A stretch of 64,000 nucleotides of DNA. Origin: Narcine bancroftii. Lineage: Eukaryota. This document shows positions 35,497 to 48,258 of this stretch, piece by piece. The notes under the pieces were generated by a model that ran no database searches, had not been told where the DNA came from, and saw only the letters and a program-made list of their open reading frames with translations. Position 1 is the first letter of the stretch; every line of letters begins with the position of its first letter. Both the position numbers and the translations under genes were made by a program. The stretch is from contig NC_091469.1 of the NCBI RefSeq assembly GCF_036971445.1, positions 348,874,001 through 348,938,000 of the forward strand, in the 5' to 3' direction.

Positions 35497-37033
35497 CAAT
35501 GCCTTCCATAATGTTTGGGAAAAATACACTTTTTTGCCTTTATTTGCCCCTGTTCTCCACACTTTTAAATTCATAATCAAACAATTCACATTCCAGATTT
35601 TATTCAGAGTTATTTGTAATCATTTTGGTTTGACTATATAGAAATTACAATGCTTTTTAAACACAGTCCTCTCATTTCACGGCGCCATAATATTTGGGAC
35701 ATAGCAATGGTATGTATACTAAAGTAGTCATGTTTAATACTTTGTTTCATATTTCTTGTATGCAATGACTGCTTGAAGTCTGTGATTCATAGACATCACC
35801 AGCTGGTGAGTATCTTCTTTGGTCATGCTCTGCCAGGCCTCTTCTGCAGCCATCTTCAGCTCTTGCTTTTTCAGGTACATGTCCCCTTAAGTTTTCTCTT
35901 CAGTATATAGAAGGAATGCTGCATTGGATTAGATTGGGTGACTAACTCGTCCAGTCAAGAATTTTCCATTTTTTTAACTATGTAAAACACATGTTGCTTC
36001 AGCAGTATCTTTGGGATCTGTGCCTTGCTATAGGATGAAGCGTCAACCAATGAGTTTGTAGGCTTTTGTTCAAACCTGAGCAGATAATATGTTTTGATAT
36101 ACCTCAGAATTCATTTTGCCATCAGCAGTTACAACATCAATGAAGATCAGTGGCCAGCCCATAACACCCCCACCACCATGTTTCACAGATGAGGTGGTAT
36201 GCTTTAGATCTTGGCTAGCTTCTTTATGGCTTCATTTTATTCTTGCCACCACTCTGATATTGGTTAAACTTGGTCTCATCTGTCCACAAGACCTTTTTTC
36301 CAGAATTCCGCAGGCTCTCTTAAATATTTCTTGGCAAATTGTAATCTGGCTATCTTATTTCTGTGGATAACTAGTAGTGTGGATATTGTAGTGCAGCCTC
36401 TGTATTTATATCATGATGGCTTTTGTGCACAGTAATCATTTGACACAACCACACCTGATTCCTGAAGAGGGTTTATCTGTCAGACAGGTGTTTGGGATTT
36501 GTCTTCATTATGATGAGAATTCTTCTGTCATCAACAGTGGAGATCTTCCTTGGCCTACCAGTCCCTTAGCGATTACTGAGTTTATTATTATGCTCTTTCT
36601 TCTTAATAATGCTCCAAACAGTTGATTTTTATAAACCTACGGTTTGGGTGATATCTCTTGCTATTGTGTTCATGTTTTTCAGCCTCATAATGGGTTCTCT
36701 GACTTTCATTGGCACAACGCAGACTCCATAGGTGATCAAAAGTTTAGAAGCAAGCCCAAATCTCTCATACCTGCACCAACAAAATAATTAAACATACCTG
36801 AGCAATCACATACGCCTGTGAATCAAAATTTCTGAAATATTATTATGTCCTGAAATGGAGAACAATGCATAAAAAGTGCTGTAAGTTCTACATGGTCAAA
36901 CTTTGGAATAAAACTTGGAATGTGCACTTTAATCTCAAGAGAATTCTTGGATTACAAATATTAAAACTCTAGAGCATAGAGTCAAATGAAGGAAAATAAG
37001 TGTATTTTTCCCCAAACATATTGGAGGGCACTA
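35497..37033 (-). mobile_element. Tc1-like DNA transposon, near full length, transposase pseudogenised
   Basis: TA + caatgccttccataatgtttggga at left; cccaaacatattggagggcact at right; ~200-bp IR/DR-type TIRs. Minus-strand transposase C-terminus QELKMAAEEAWQSMTKEDTHQLVMSMNHRLQAVIA. Confidence 0.9.
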
Positions 37034-37090
37034 CATGTGAGTGTACATATATATATTTAGATTTATATATATCCTTGTCCCTTGTAGATG

Positions 37091-37235
37091 NNNNNNNNNN
37101 NNNNNNNNNNNNNNNNNNNNNNNNNNNNNNNNNNNNNNNNNNNNNNNNNNNNNNNNNNNNNNNNNNNNNNNNNNNNNNNNNNNNNNNNNNNNNNNNNNNN
37201 NNNNNNNNNNNNNNNNNNNNNNNNNNNNNNNNNNN
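37091..37235. other. Assembly gap (N run)
   Basis: N characters. Confidence 1.
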
Positions 37236-37304
37236 AGTCCCTCTGTCAAAGATTTTTTGAAAAAATATGGATACAATATCAATATCAATATCAAAAATAT
37301 AATA

Positions 37305-38592
37305 TCTGGATAGGCAACGATTGATTAGGGGCACCCAGCATGGATTTGTAAAAGGAAAATCATGTTTGACGAACCTTGTTGAGTTTTTTGAGGAAGTGAC
37401 AAAAAAGGTGGATGAAGGTAGAGTGGTGGATTTTAGTAAGGCTTTTAATAAGGTTCCGCATGGAAGGTTCAGTCACTAGGAATTAGTAGAGAGATTGTGA
37501 CATTGGTTCAGAGGTGGCTGGGAGATAGAGAGCAGAGAGTCACGGTGGACATCTGTATGTCAGGTTGGAAGCCTGTGACAAGTGGGGTGCCTCAGGGATC
37601 GGTGCTGGGTCCCTTGTTGTTAATTATTTATATTAATGATTTAGAGGATGGTGTGATTAAATGGGTAAGCAAATATGCAGATGATATGAAAATAGGGGGA
37701 GTGTTGGATAGTGAGGTAGATTTTCTTGGATTACAGAAGGATTTGGTTTGTTTGGAAGAGTGGGCTGAAAGATGGCAGATGGAATTCAATGTAGACAAGT
37801 GTGAGGTGTTGCATTTCGGTAAAAATAACCAGAATAGGGCATATACAGTTAAGGGGAGGGCATTGAGGCACGCAGAGGAGCAAAGGGACCTGGGGGTTAT
37901 GGTACATAGTTCACTGAAGGTGGATTCCCATGTAGACGGGGTGGTTAAGAAGGCATATGGTACGCTGGCCTTCATAAATCATAGTATATAGTATAGGAGC
38001 TGGGAGGTGATGCTGCAGCTGTTTAAGGCATTGGTGAGGCCAGGTTTGGAGTTCTGTGCTCAGTTCTGGTTTCAAAATTATAGAAAGGATATAGATAAGG
38101 TTGAGAGGGTGTAGAGGTTTACAAGGATGTTATCTGGCTTACAGCATCTTGATTACCGGGAGAGATTAAGGAGACTGGGACTTAATTAATTGGAATGTAG
38201 ATGACTGAGAGGGGACTTGATAGAAGTATTTAAAATTCTGAAAGTAATAGATAGACTAGACATAAACAGACTCTTTCCCCTGAGGGCAAGGGAGGTTGGA
38301 ACAAGAGGCCATGAGTTAAGGGTAAGGGGGCAACACTTTAGGAGAAATATTAGAAGCGGCTTTTTCACTCAGCAAGTGGTGGCAGAATGGAATGAACTTC
38401 CAAATGAGATACTTGTGTCCGGGTCCCTTCTGTCATTTAAAAGAAGGTCGGATGTGTACATGGAGGTGGGGGGGGTTGGAGGATTGTGGGCGGAGAGCGG
38501 GAAGTTTGAGCTCGTGGAGTTGTTCGAGTGAACCAGTGCGGACTCGAAAAGCCGATATGGCCTGTTTCCGCTCCGTAAATGGCTATATGGTT
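37305..38592 (+). mobile_element. CR1 LINE, RT domain to 3' end (well preserved)
   Basis: QHGFVKGKSCLTNL, ORF 37497-37991 with SGVPQGSVLGPLL and KYADDMKIGG, RGDLIEVFKI, GTRGHELR, and the CR1 3' tail. Confidence 0.95.
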
Positions 38593-39479
38593 AAAAGGAA
38601 AGGTTAAATGAGGCTGCATTTCATCAGGCAAGTCAGCAGTAATGGTGTTGCTCCTCGAGTTTATGTTACACTTCATTTTTGCAATGGGCACAAAACAATA
38701 TTTTTTTTGGGGGGGGTAGTTTGTTTCATTCCTACCCCTTCACTTTTTCAGTGCATTGCCGCTGTTGCTCCTCCAATCAGACAAAACTCAAACATGACAT
38801 GACATGTGCTGTTCATTTCCACTTTGCACTTGCCTTCATATGAGCCATCCTGATCCTTCCCCCTTTCCCATCACCCCCCCCCCCCACCCCCCTTTTTGGT
38901 TTTCTCCATTTAAATGTCAAGAAACTGGCCAGTGCTGAACAGCCATTACAGGCCCACAGACTGGCACAAATTCCTCGCCTATTCTTCCACGCTGATCCAG
39001 CAAGGTTGCCTGACCTACTGAGCTCCTCCAGCTTCTCTCTAGTTGCTTATAGCTTCATGCATCTTCAGTTCCTGTGCTTCTTCATTCTGTTCTGTCAGTT
39101 CTTCCATCTCTCCCAAATCTGTTCCAATTATGAAACTATTTACACAGATGCCCCTGAAATGTCTTTGTTCTGCAAAGCTGAACCTTTATAAATCTCTACT
39201 TGGGTCACATTCAGTTCTTATCAGTACACTAGAGAAGTTTTAACATTTCTTGAAAGGTTGAAGATTTACTAAAATGTTCCCAAATGAGTGAATTTAGCTG
39301 CAGGGTTAGTTTGTAATAAAGGAGGCTGAAGGAAGATTTGATAGTTGCACTGCAGGACAGTTGAGGCTCAGTGGAAGACTTTCTAAGCTATTTTTCACAG
39401 TGCTCATCAAAAGTATATTACAGTTAAAAACATGGACAGTGAAAGGAGAAATAGAGAGCTGTGGATAAAGAAAGGGATC

Positions 39480-40400
39480 AAATTAGATGCAAATGCATTA
39501 ACTGGCCAAGTATAAGATTGGGAAAACTTTTAAAAAAGCACAGCAAATAAGCACCAAAAAAACAGTAGAGAAAGGAAAGATGGATTATGAAAACAAATTA
39601 GCAGAATATATAAAAACAGATAGCAGAATTTTTTTTTAAAGTCATATCTATAGTGAAAAGGAATGGCTATGTAAACATGGCACCCTTAGAAAATAAGAAG
39701 GGGAGATTATTAATAGGTAATGTGGAGATGGCCAAAGTCCAGAACATTGTTTTGTGTCATTCTTCTCAAAAGATATGGGTAACATGCCAATGAATAACGT
39801 TAAGGATGTGAATGGAGATGAGGACCTCTATACAACCACTATTATTGAAGAGGTAGTGCAGAGAAAATTAGTGGCCCTAAAGGTAGCTTAATCCTAATGG
39901 AATGGATCACAGGGTACTTAGAACAATGGCAGAAGTTATAGCAGATGAATTTTGGATGTGGAAGAATTCTCTAGACTTTGGGTAGTTCCCAGCTGATTGG
40001 AAGACAGAAATTTATGTCCACTGTTTAAAGAATAATGGACAAAAGGCAGATCAATTTGCTTAACATTCATTATTGGGAAAATTACAATGAAGGAAGGAAG
40101 AATTGGTAGGATATGTGGATAGAAATTGCTCCATCAGGCAGACATAGCATGGATTCAGGAAGGGGCTGGTCTTGTTAATCTAACATATTGGAGTTGTTTA
40201 AGGATTTAATGAATGCAGTGGATAGACAGAAACTGGTGGATGTGGTATATTTAGATTTCTAGGTGTTCAATAAAGCACCAAAAAAGACTTATGCATAAGC
40301 CAAGGATGCACAAAGTTGAGAATGATGTATGGAATGAGTACAGGTTAACCAATAGATGGCACATTGGGATAAGTGAGTGTTTGCCTGGTAATCAGGTCCA
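39480..40400 (+). mobile_element. Decayed CR1 LINE (linker to RT N-terminus)
   Basis: Remnants of VPADWKT and *HGFRKG..LI*..LELF..VDVVYLDF. Confidence 0.7.
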
Positions 40401-42726
40401 TCTGCAGGTTCCCCTCCAAGGCACACCTGACTGAAAATGTTGCTTTTCCTTTATCATCATTAAGTGCAGGAAACCATCCAGCCAATATTGCTGATGTAGG
40501 AGCTTGGTACAACTACACCAGTATCAGAATTTGGCTCATTATTACCCTCAAGTAAATGCAGAGGGTGAAGTAGTATTAAATGTTGGTTTTGCCAGTGATA
40601 TCCAAACTATATGAAAATAAGGTATAAATGGGAATAGCTCAATTATTAACTGAAACTATTGAACTCGGTATTGTTCCCCCAAAAGTGAGCTTTGCCAAAC
40701 AAAAGGATAAGGGATTGGTCTTCAAAGAATCAATGAGCTTCACTGGAACAGGATTAAAAAAAACAGGAACAGAGAGAATAGGATTGTGCATTGAAATAGT
40801 AAATGGCGAGAGCTCATATTTGAAGACCGAAAGAGATTCTGAACATCACTTACAACTTGCATGTGAGATCCTTCATTCTGCCATTATCATTTTTTCTGAT
40901 CCTTTCCCACTCTTCCTGTAAATCTGAACTTAGAACCTCAAGCATTTTCCCATTCTGATGAAATGCTTTAACTGTTCTGCCTCCACAGATGCTGCTCTGT
41001 ATTACCAGCATTCTACATTCCAGTATTCTAGTTTTGTTTTGATCACTGGCATCTGCACAACCTTGGTTTTATATTTTGTTTTAATTTTTTTTAGGTCATC
41101 TACAATAAATTATTAAAATGCTCTTGGATAAAGATATTCTTTGAAAATGTTATGAAAATGAAAGCAACTGTTAAGACAATAAATGAAAACATTGATCCAA
41201 AAGAGAGATGTGATTCAATCGCATTTGTTAAAACTGGAAGATTTCATGTTAAAATTGAAACACTTCTGGGTTTTGATGCATACCCATCATTTTAAAAAAA
41301 TGTTATCTGGAAAATATTAGATGATTGATCGCTTTGGGTTCATATTAATTTCTTTAGCTCCAGCTCGATGGAGCAAAGGTCAGCAGCAGTGTAGCAGAGC
41401 TTGAAGATTTTCTCATCAATCAAGTCATATTTTATTAGTGACTCCTCGGTAAGGAGTCAGAGGTTTATCCAATATATTGTAGCTTATGGTGGTTTCATTG
41501 GCTTTAAATGATAGCAACTGTGTACCTTCTCTGAAATGCAATTTCATAGTCACGGCACTTTTAAAAAAAAACATTATTTTATGGTTGATGAACAAAATGG
41601 AAATTTGGTCCATATATTATTGATTCCTAAAGCGGAAAATTTAAATAGTAATTATTTCCAGAAGCATTTTTGCACCACTAACTCCAATCTTTTAATAACT
41701 TAAATCTGCTGCAACCTTTCATCTATGTTATATTCTCTTCTTTGATAGACTTGTTAGCAGGATATGGTTGGAAGGATTTGTCAGCTTGAACCATGCTGAA
41801 TAAAAAGGATAATTCCCTTGCTCATAACATTTCAACTTGAAATTTCCTTACTTGTTAAATGTGCTGACTACCCGATCCTACTGGTGTTTCCATGGACAAT
41901 AATTAAGCGGTTATAAAGTTAGGTTCGATTTAATTTATTTCTTCATATCAAACTTGAAAGAAGGTGGCACGAGAGGGATGTTGTGGAGGTATATGAAATA
42001 ACAAATTGTAGAGTCAGAATAATCTGAATGACCTCTTGTTCGTAAACTGGGATAGTATCGTACAAGGTCATCAGTGATAATTTCTAAAATATGCTATGTG
42101 TTAGAAATCAGAAATAGAAGCAAAGATGTTTAACTTCATGAAAGGACAGGCAGCATCTTTGGAGAGAGCAACACAGCTAAAAAACGGTCTCCATGCTTTC
42201 ATCAGAACTGGAAAATGCTCCAAGTTTAAAATTTTATGTCAAAGAATGGGTGTTGAACAAGAACTTGGTGGGGGGAGGGGTGGAGTGGTGGAGGGGATTG
42301 GAGTGTGGTCAGTAGTGAATGAATTGTTTGTCTTTATTCAAGTATGCAATAAAGATGGTGAAATCTGTAAAAGTGTAGTGATTAATTAACAAAAATAATA
42401 ATGTGCAAAGGCAAAAGGAGGTTATAATGGAAAGAAAATCTCAATCCAAAAGAGGTATAATTTTTGCAGTAATTTTAAACAAAATGTAAAAGGTGATTAA
42501 AGTCAAAAATTGTTCAATTGCTGATGGAAGTATTAAGAGTTAACTGTGTTCAATTTCACTAGGACAATATAAAAGTCCAAGAGCATTCAATAAATTTAGA
42601 TCTAAATTCACAATTTTATTTCAGATAACATGTAGACTAAAGGTGTTCTGAGGTAATTAAAGTCCTAGAATTAATGATTTTTAAACTTTGATGTGCCGGA
42701 ACAGTAACTGCAAATAAATTTGCCCA

Positions 42727-43947
42727 GATCTTGCCGATCACAAGTTGAGGTAAAGGGGATTCTAAGTAGTGACTGCAAGCAATGGAATCCACACAATAAA
42801 GTATAAACCATCTTAAAAACACATTTTTGAAAGCAATTTTTCAATCTTTAAATTATTACTACGTTTAGTGCTATTAATATAAGCAATTTGCTGCCATAGA
42901 AAATGTTGAATTTTCTCTGAGTTGAGTTGTTTGTTGATCTGCAATAAGGACTTTTTATGGTATTAAAAATTCAATTGGATTTCCTGAAACATAACATTAG
43001 ATTTGCCATGCATTTAAGGGTGAAACATTCATAATTATCCTTATGTCTTAACAACTAAAAAAAATATTTAGTCAGAGGGTTGTGAGTCTCTGGAAGTTGC
43101 AATCATTGCATTTGCATTAAACAGACACATTGAAATCAGTGTCAGTGATTGAGCACTCCTATTGAAGCTGCACTGACTTCAAAATCTTCCAATGGGATCA
43201 AGGGAAACAGTTTGCTCTCACAGAATTTAAAATGTATCTGCCCAAGAGCTTGAGTCACCAAGTTACAGGGATGAGTACTCATGGACAAAATGTTGGGATT
43301 GAGAGCATGAGCCAAAGAACCTGTTTCTGTACTGTATGACTTGATGAATCCATGACAATGACAAGATCAGAAAATCACAAGATATAAGAAAAGAAGTAGG
43401 TCCATCAGCCCATCGAGTCTGCTCCGCCATTCTAATCATGAGCTGATCCATCCTCCCATTCAGCCCCATTCCCTAGTTTCCTCCCTGTAACCCTTGATTC
43501 CCTGACAAATCAAATACTTGTCAAACCCTGTCTTAAATACATATCCCAATGACCTCGCTTCCATAGTTGCCTGTGACAAGTTCCACAGACTCACAACCCT
43601 CTGACTAAGTTTTTTTTTAGTTGATGAGACTTATGGATAATTATGAATGTTTTACCCTTAAATGCATGGCAAATCTAATGATGTGTTTCTGGAGATCCCA
43701 GTCAATTTTTAATACCACAAAAAGTCCTTATTGCAGATCAACGAACAAACCGACTCAGAGAAAACTTAACATTTTCTATGGCTGCAAATTGGTTATGTTA
43801 ATAGCACTAAGCTTAATAAGAATTTAAAGATTGAAAAATTACTTTCAAAAATGTATTTTTAAGATGGTTCATATTTTATTGAGTGGATTCATTGCTTGCA
43901 CTCACTACTCAGAATCCCCATTACCTCAACTTGTGATCTGCAAGATC
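42727..43947. repeat. Long inverted repeat: arms 42727-43099 and 43577-43947
   Basis: The arms are reverse complements along their length. The ORF track shows the same peptide on opposite strands (IACSHYLESPLPQLVI / IACTHYSESPLPQLVI). Confidence 0.95.
43370..43610 (-). mobile_element. CR1 3' fragment
   Basis: agaagtaggtccatcagcccatcgagtctgctccgccatt...ttccacagactcacaaccctctga; related to 45432-45657. Confidence 0.8.
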
Positions 43948-45431
43948 AATTTCAAAAGCGCCATGGAATTAATTGATGTGACCTGCTACACAACAGTGTG
44001 TCACATAATGTATTTAGACCACTTGAACGAACCAGAATAACCTATAAATTTTCTGTGGAAACTTCATACAGACATTCCTAGTTTTGCCATTTCTCAGTAC
44101 TGTCAAACTTTTGTCCCTGAAGTAAACATCATCAAGTATATTTAAAATAATTTATTGAGATAGATTATTCTAAAAATATTTTAAAACATTTCTACACAAT
44201 TAAACACATTTCTCCAGGCTCAAGTCATTGAAAAGTACTTTTCTTCTAAGCAGCTGTTAAAAGCCCATTAAGTAAATGGGCTCACGGATCTTGCACAAGA
44301 TATTTCATGGCACAGGATCCGTGGGCAGTTTCCACATTGTGTCTTTTGAGGAGACTTTGCAAGCTTGTGCTGTACTCCTGGACTCCATATAGAGTTGGCA
44401 GTAGAGAATATTGATACATTCACTGTCTGAAATGTGCCAGCAAATTTGCAACTTCTGTGCTAGGATGTAAATGTTAATAATTCAACACAAACAGCAGGTA
44501 TTTACCCTGTAGACTCTGTCCAAACATTTCAGCCCTAAACTTAATCATGTCTGTATGCACCAATTGTTTTCTAATGAATAAATGAATGAGAGTTTATTAT
44601 CACTTTCATAAGACATTTTATAGATGCATTGAAATTCTTGCTTGCTGCAGTGACACAAATACATAAATGATACTAACAAACAATAAACATAAATTGAATT
44701 ACAACACAACGATAAAAGTTAATAAATATAGAAAAGATTTACAAATATTCAAAGTTGCAGTAAATGCATTGGTTAGTAATATGATTTCCATGCCATTGTG
44801 GAAGAAAGGTAAGATGGAGACAAATTTCCCTACATCAAAACAAAATGAGTAAGATGCTCCACATGCTCTTGCAATTTCTGAAGCTAATGAGTAAATAGGA
44901 TCAAAAAGGCCATATGTTGTGGGTGGTGATGTTCTTTGTATTTTTCTGACGGTTGTCATATCGTGAAGATCAAGTTTTCTGGCCTTAAAATTAACAGAAA
45001 TAATCTACACTGTGTTTTTGGAGAACAGTTCTTTCCTCATTGGAAAGACCTATTGAGGAGGATGCTAAAGATTACTTCCCCTTGACAGGGAGAGTCCTCT
45101 GCCATAGACACTGATGGTCTTGACATCACTTGATTTGGTTATTACTTGATGGACATGTTGTCTTATTGGCAGATGTGGAAAATCAGCTTATGGATTTGGA
45201 ACTGAACTTCTTTACAGCTGACTCTCAATAATTTACTTCTGCTCCTGAGGTCTTGCTGTCTTTGAGTTGTAATGTGAACTTCTCAATATCTTTTCATTCA
45301 AGGGTACCAGAATAGGATATAGGATGTGTTGGGGGGGGGGGGGAGGGATGGAAGTGGGAGTGGGAGGGTGGATATGGGTAGCTGGCAAGAACAGAGTCCC
45401 ATTTGTGGAATACTTTGCAGTTCTCCTTTCA

Positions 45432-45657
45432 TAGAAACATAGAAACATAGAAGATAGGAGCAGGAGTAGGTCATTCGACCCTTCGAGCCTGCTCCGCCAT
45501 TCAACGAGATCATGGCTGATCTTAAAGTTCATTACCCCGTCCCCGCCTTCTCTCCGTAACCTTTAATACCCTTATACTGAAGAAATATATATAATTCCCT
45601 CTTAAATATATTTAATGAACCTGCCTCTACTGCCCTCTGTGGCAATTAATTCCACAG
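45432..45657 (-). mobile_element. CR1 3' fragment with (CTATGTTT)n tail
   Basis: catagaaacatagaaacatagaa tail followed by CR1 3' UTR sequence. Confidence 0.85.
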
Positions 45658-46199
45658 TGGGTGTTGGCTGCCTCAAGGTCCCTGACAAGCTTCTCCCTCT
45701 TTACTTATCAGATTCCAAATAGCCTTTGATTCCAGTAATCACTTCCTCCAGCTTACTCCAACTCCATCCTATATAACTCATCTTTCTTCACCTAACCTAT
45801 TTTTTCTTACATCTCTTTCTGGAACCCTTCAATCATCTGCATCCATTTTCCCTTCTGTCTATCATGTTTCACCAATCCCTGATTCACCAATCCCTGACAA
45901 GTCCAACCTTACTATCCTGTCTTCAGAATGCAGACTAACTTTCCTCAGCCTTCTCGGTCTCAATAAAGGACTTGGAACGGAAATTTTTACATCTCTTTTT
46001 TTCCCACTAATGCCTTTGAGTGCAATGAATTCCTTTAGCATATTGGGTTTTTTTGCTCTAGATTCCAGCTTTTGTAGGCTTTGGTGTCAAACCAATTTTG
46101 TATCCAATTGGCCAGCTTATTTTGGACCCTATTCAGTCTGACATTCCAGAGCTGGATTATGTTGGAAACCTTGCTAAAGTCCATGTAGACACAAGTAAA

Positions 46200-46720
46200 T
46201 CATGAGTCTGCAAACACAGTGATTGAAGTAAAAACACAATGCTGGAGAAACTCAGCAGGTTAGTGTACTTCAGATAAAGATACATAACCATTGTTTCAGG
46301 TTTGAGCCTTTCATCAAGCTATGAGCAAAACATAGACAGGTGCCCAAACCATATAGTGGGGGGGGGGGGGGGGGTAATAGAGAGTGGAGCACAGTCCGAA
46401 AGGCAAGAGCTTACAAGTAGATAAGGGAGAAAGGACACACCAGCAAACAGGGGGAGTGGAAGGGAGGTTGGCTCTCTGAAAGGAGAGGGAAGCAGTTGGA
46501 AACCTGGAGGGATAAAGACAGAGTGATGGGGAAGAGAGGGAGAACTGGGAATAGGCTGGTAGAAACCAGAGAAACTGATATTAATGCCATCTGGTTGGAG
46601 AGTGCCCAGACAGAATATTAGGTGTTTTCCTCAAATTTATGAGTGGTCTTTGCTTAACAGTGCATGAGGCTATGGACAGACATGTCAGCGTGGGAGAAGG
46701 GTGCAGAATTGGAATGAGAA
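46200..46720 (-). mobile_element. Penelope 3' remnant with pLTR
   Basis: Colinear with 20610-21100 and 52512-53007. Confidence 0.85.
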
Positions 46721-47569
46721 ACTGACCTCCACCTTCATTAATCCTCTCGGACCCCTCTTCAAACATTATCCAAGAACAAAGCAAACCAACTTATTTTAAT
46801 CAGTCCTTGTATATAAATTTATTAGAGGTAGAGATCGGCAGTCTTTATCTCAGAATGGAAATGTCAAACGTGGAAGTGCTGAGCTTTAAGATGAGAGGGA
46901 TAAAGTTTGAAGGAGATTTATGACAATTAATACCTTGTGCCAGTTGGGATATTCTGGAAAAAAAAATTGCCACATGATTTTAAAATTTAACAGAACATAG
47001 TGTAATGTTACCCCCATTTTCCAATTCATTTTATTTGTGATGGACTGACACTTTAAGAGAACAGATTTTACAAAAGCCTGAAGGATGTGAAGTGAATGTG
47101 AAACTAGCATCAAGCTTCAAAGACATCACATTACTAATTTGAAGAGAAGCAAGACAGTGTCTCTAAAACCCAGGTGCAGAGGCCATGTGACCAACAGATT
47201 AAGACTGAGTACACAGCTTTGCTTGGGGGCCATTTTAAGAAGGTAACATAAGAGAAACATCTCTTCGACCTCCTTTATGGGAATAAGAAACCCACTCACT
47301 GTGTGGTTATAGAGAGTATTGTTAGATTTCCTCCTTTTGCTTACTGAGGGATGAGAAACTACTTTGATTGACCCCAAATATGGGTTTTAAAGTTTCAGAG
47401 GAAATACTGCACACTACTCGGCTGACCCGTGAAAAGGGTTTTATTGCTAAAGAAGGCACTTGTCTAAAAAGGACATTTCCCTGAAGTAACTCAGCAAGAG
47501 TATTTGTCAACCTTCTGTCATCCCTGTTCTCTTTCACCCATTTCATGAACTGTTCCTTCCATCTAAATG

Positions 47570-47780
47570 TGTGTCTCACCCATCTTAAAGCTTGTGTGTC
47601 ACACCATTTAAGGCCTTCTATATCTCAACTATCCTAAAGCCTGCGTGCCTCAGCATTCTAAGGCCTGTATTTCTCAACTATCCTAAAGTCTGCACGTCTC
47701 ACCATTTTAAAATGTTCATGCCTCACCCTTCATCGAAACCCTAGGTGCCTCAACCACCTAAGGCCTGCACGTCTCATCAT
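47570..47780 (+). repeat. Degenerate ~24-25-bp minisatellite inside the LTR
   Basis: About 8 units resembling gcctgcgtgcctcagcattctaag. Confidence 0.8.
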
Positions 47781-47963
47781 CAAATTTCTGAACTTTGAAC
47801 TTGGAACTGCCTTTCCAGAATTGAACCTTGAGCTGTAGTGGCTTGGGTTATTCCACACACACCAATATATTCACACGGAGTTTAAGTTAGATAATTGTAT
47901 ATAAATTTAGTTAAGTGTAGATAAGTTCGTTAGGTTAGAGTAAGTGTTATATAATTGTTGTTT

Positions 47964-48258
47964 TGTAGCGGATCACGCACGGAGACGTGAACCGCGTACA
48001 AAATGAATGCGGTGACCGTGTAGACTTGGAGGTGACACCGGCCGTTGTCCAAGGAGACCTCCGCATGGCAGGAAGATGGGGAACTCTGGCAGGAATGCTG
48101 GCCAACACAAGGTAGGCACTCCAATGACATGTGGCCCTGCCTGATGTCAGCATCAGGGGCCCATATAAGCAAAGCAGCCAGTGCAATAAATTAGTCTTCA
48201 ATTTCAACTCCTCTTGTCTGTGTCTTCCTTCCACACTCATCGTAGGATGTACACTACA
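47964..48258 (+). mobile_element. Gypsy-type solo LTR nested in the larger LTR
   Basis: Perfect TGTAG...CTACA termini, TSD GTTT (47960-47963 / 48259-48262), TATA-like catataag and AATAAA; CpG-rich. Confidence 0.9.

Noticed and set aside
41358-41448. Possible exon (tttctttag ... gtaagg)
   Set aside because: Stop codons in all three plus-strand frames; the short minus-strand peptide (LTEESLIKYDLIDEKIFKLCY...) is unrecognised and bounded by stops.
47570-47780. Tandem array as CRISPR-like
   Set aside because: Units are degenerate head-to-tail repeats with no unique spacers, inside an LTR.
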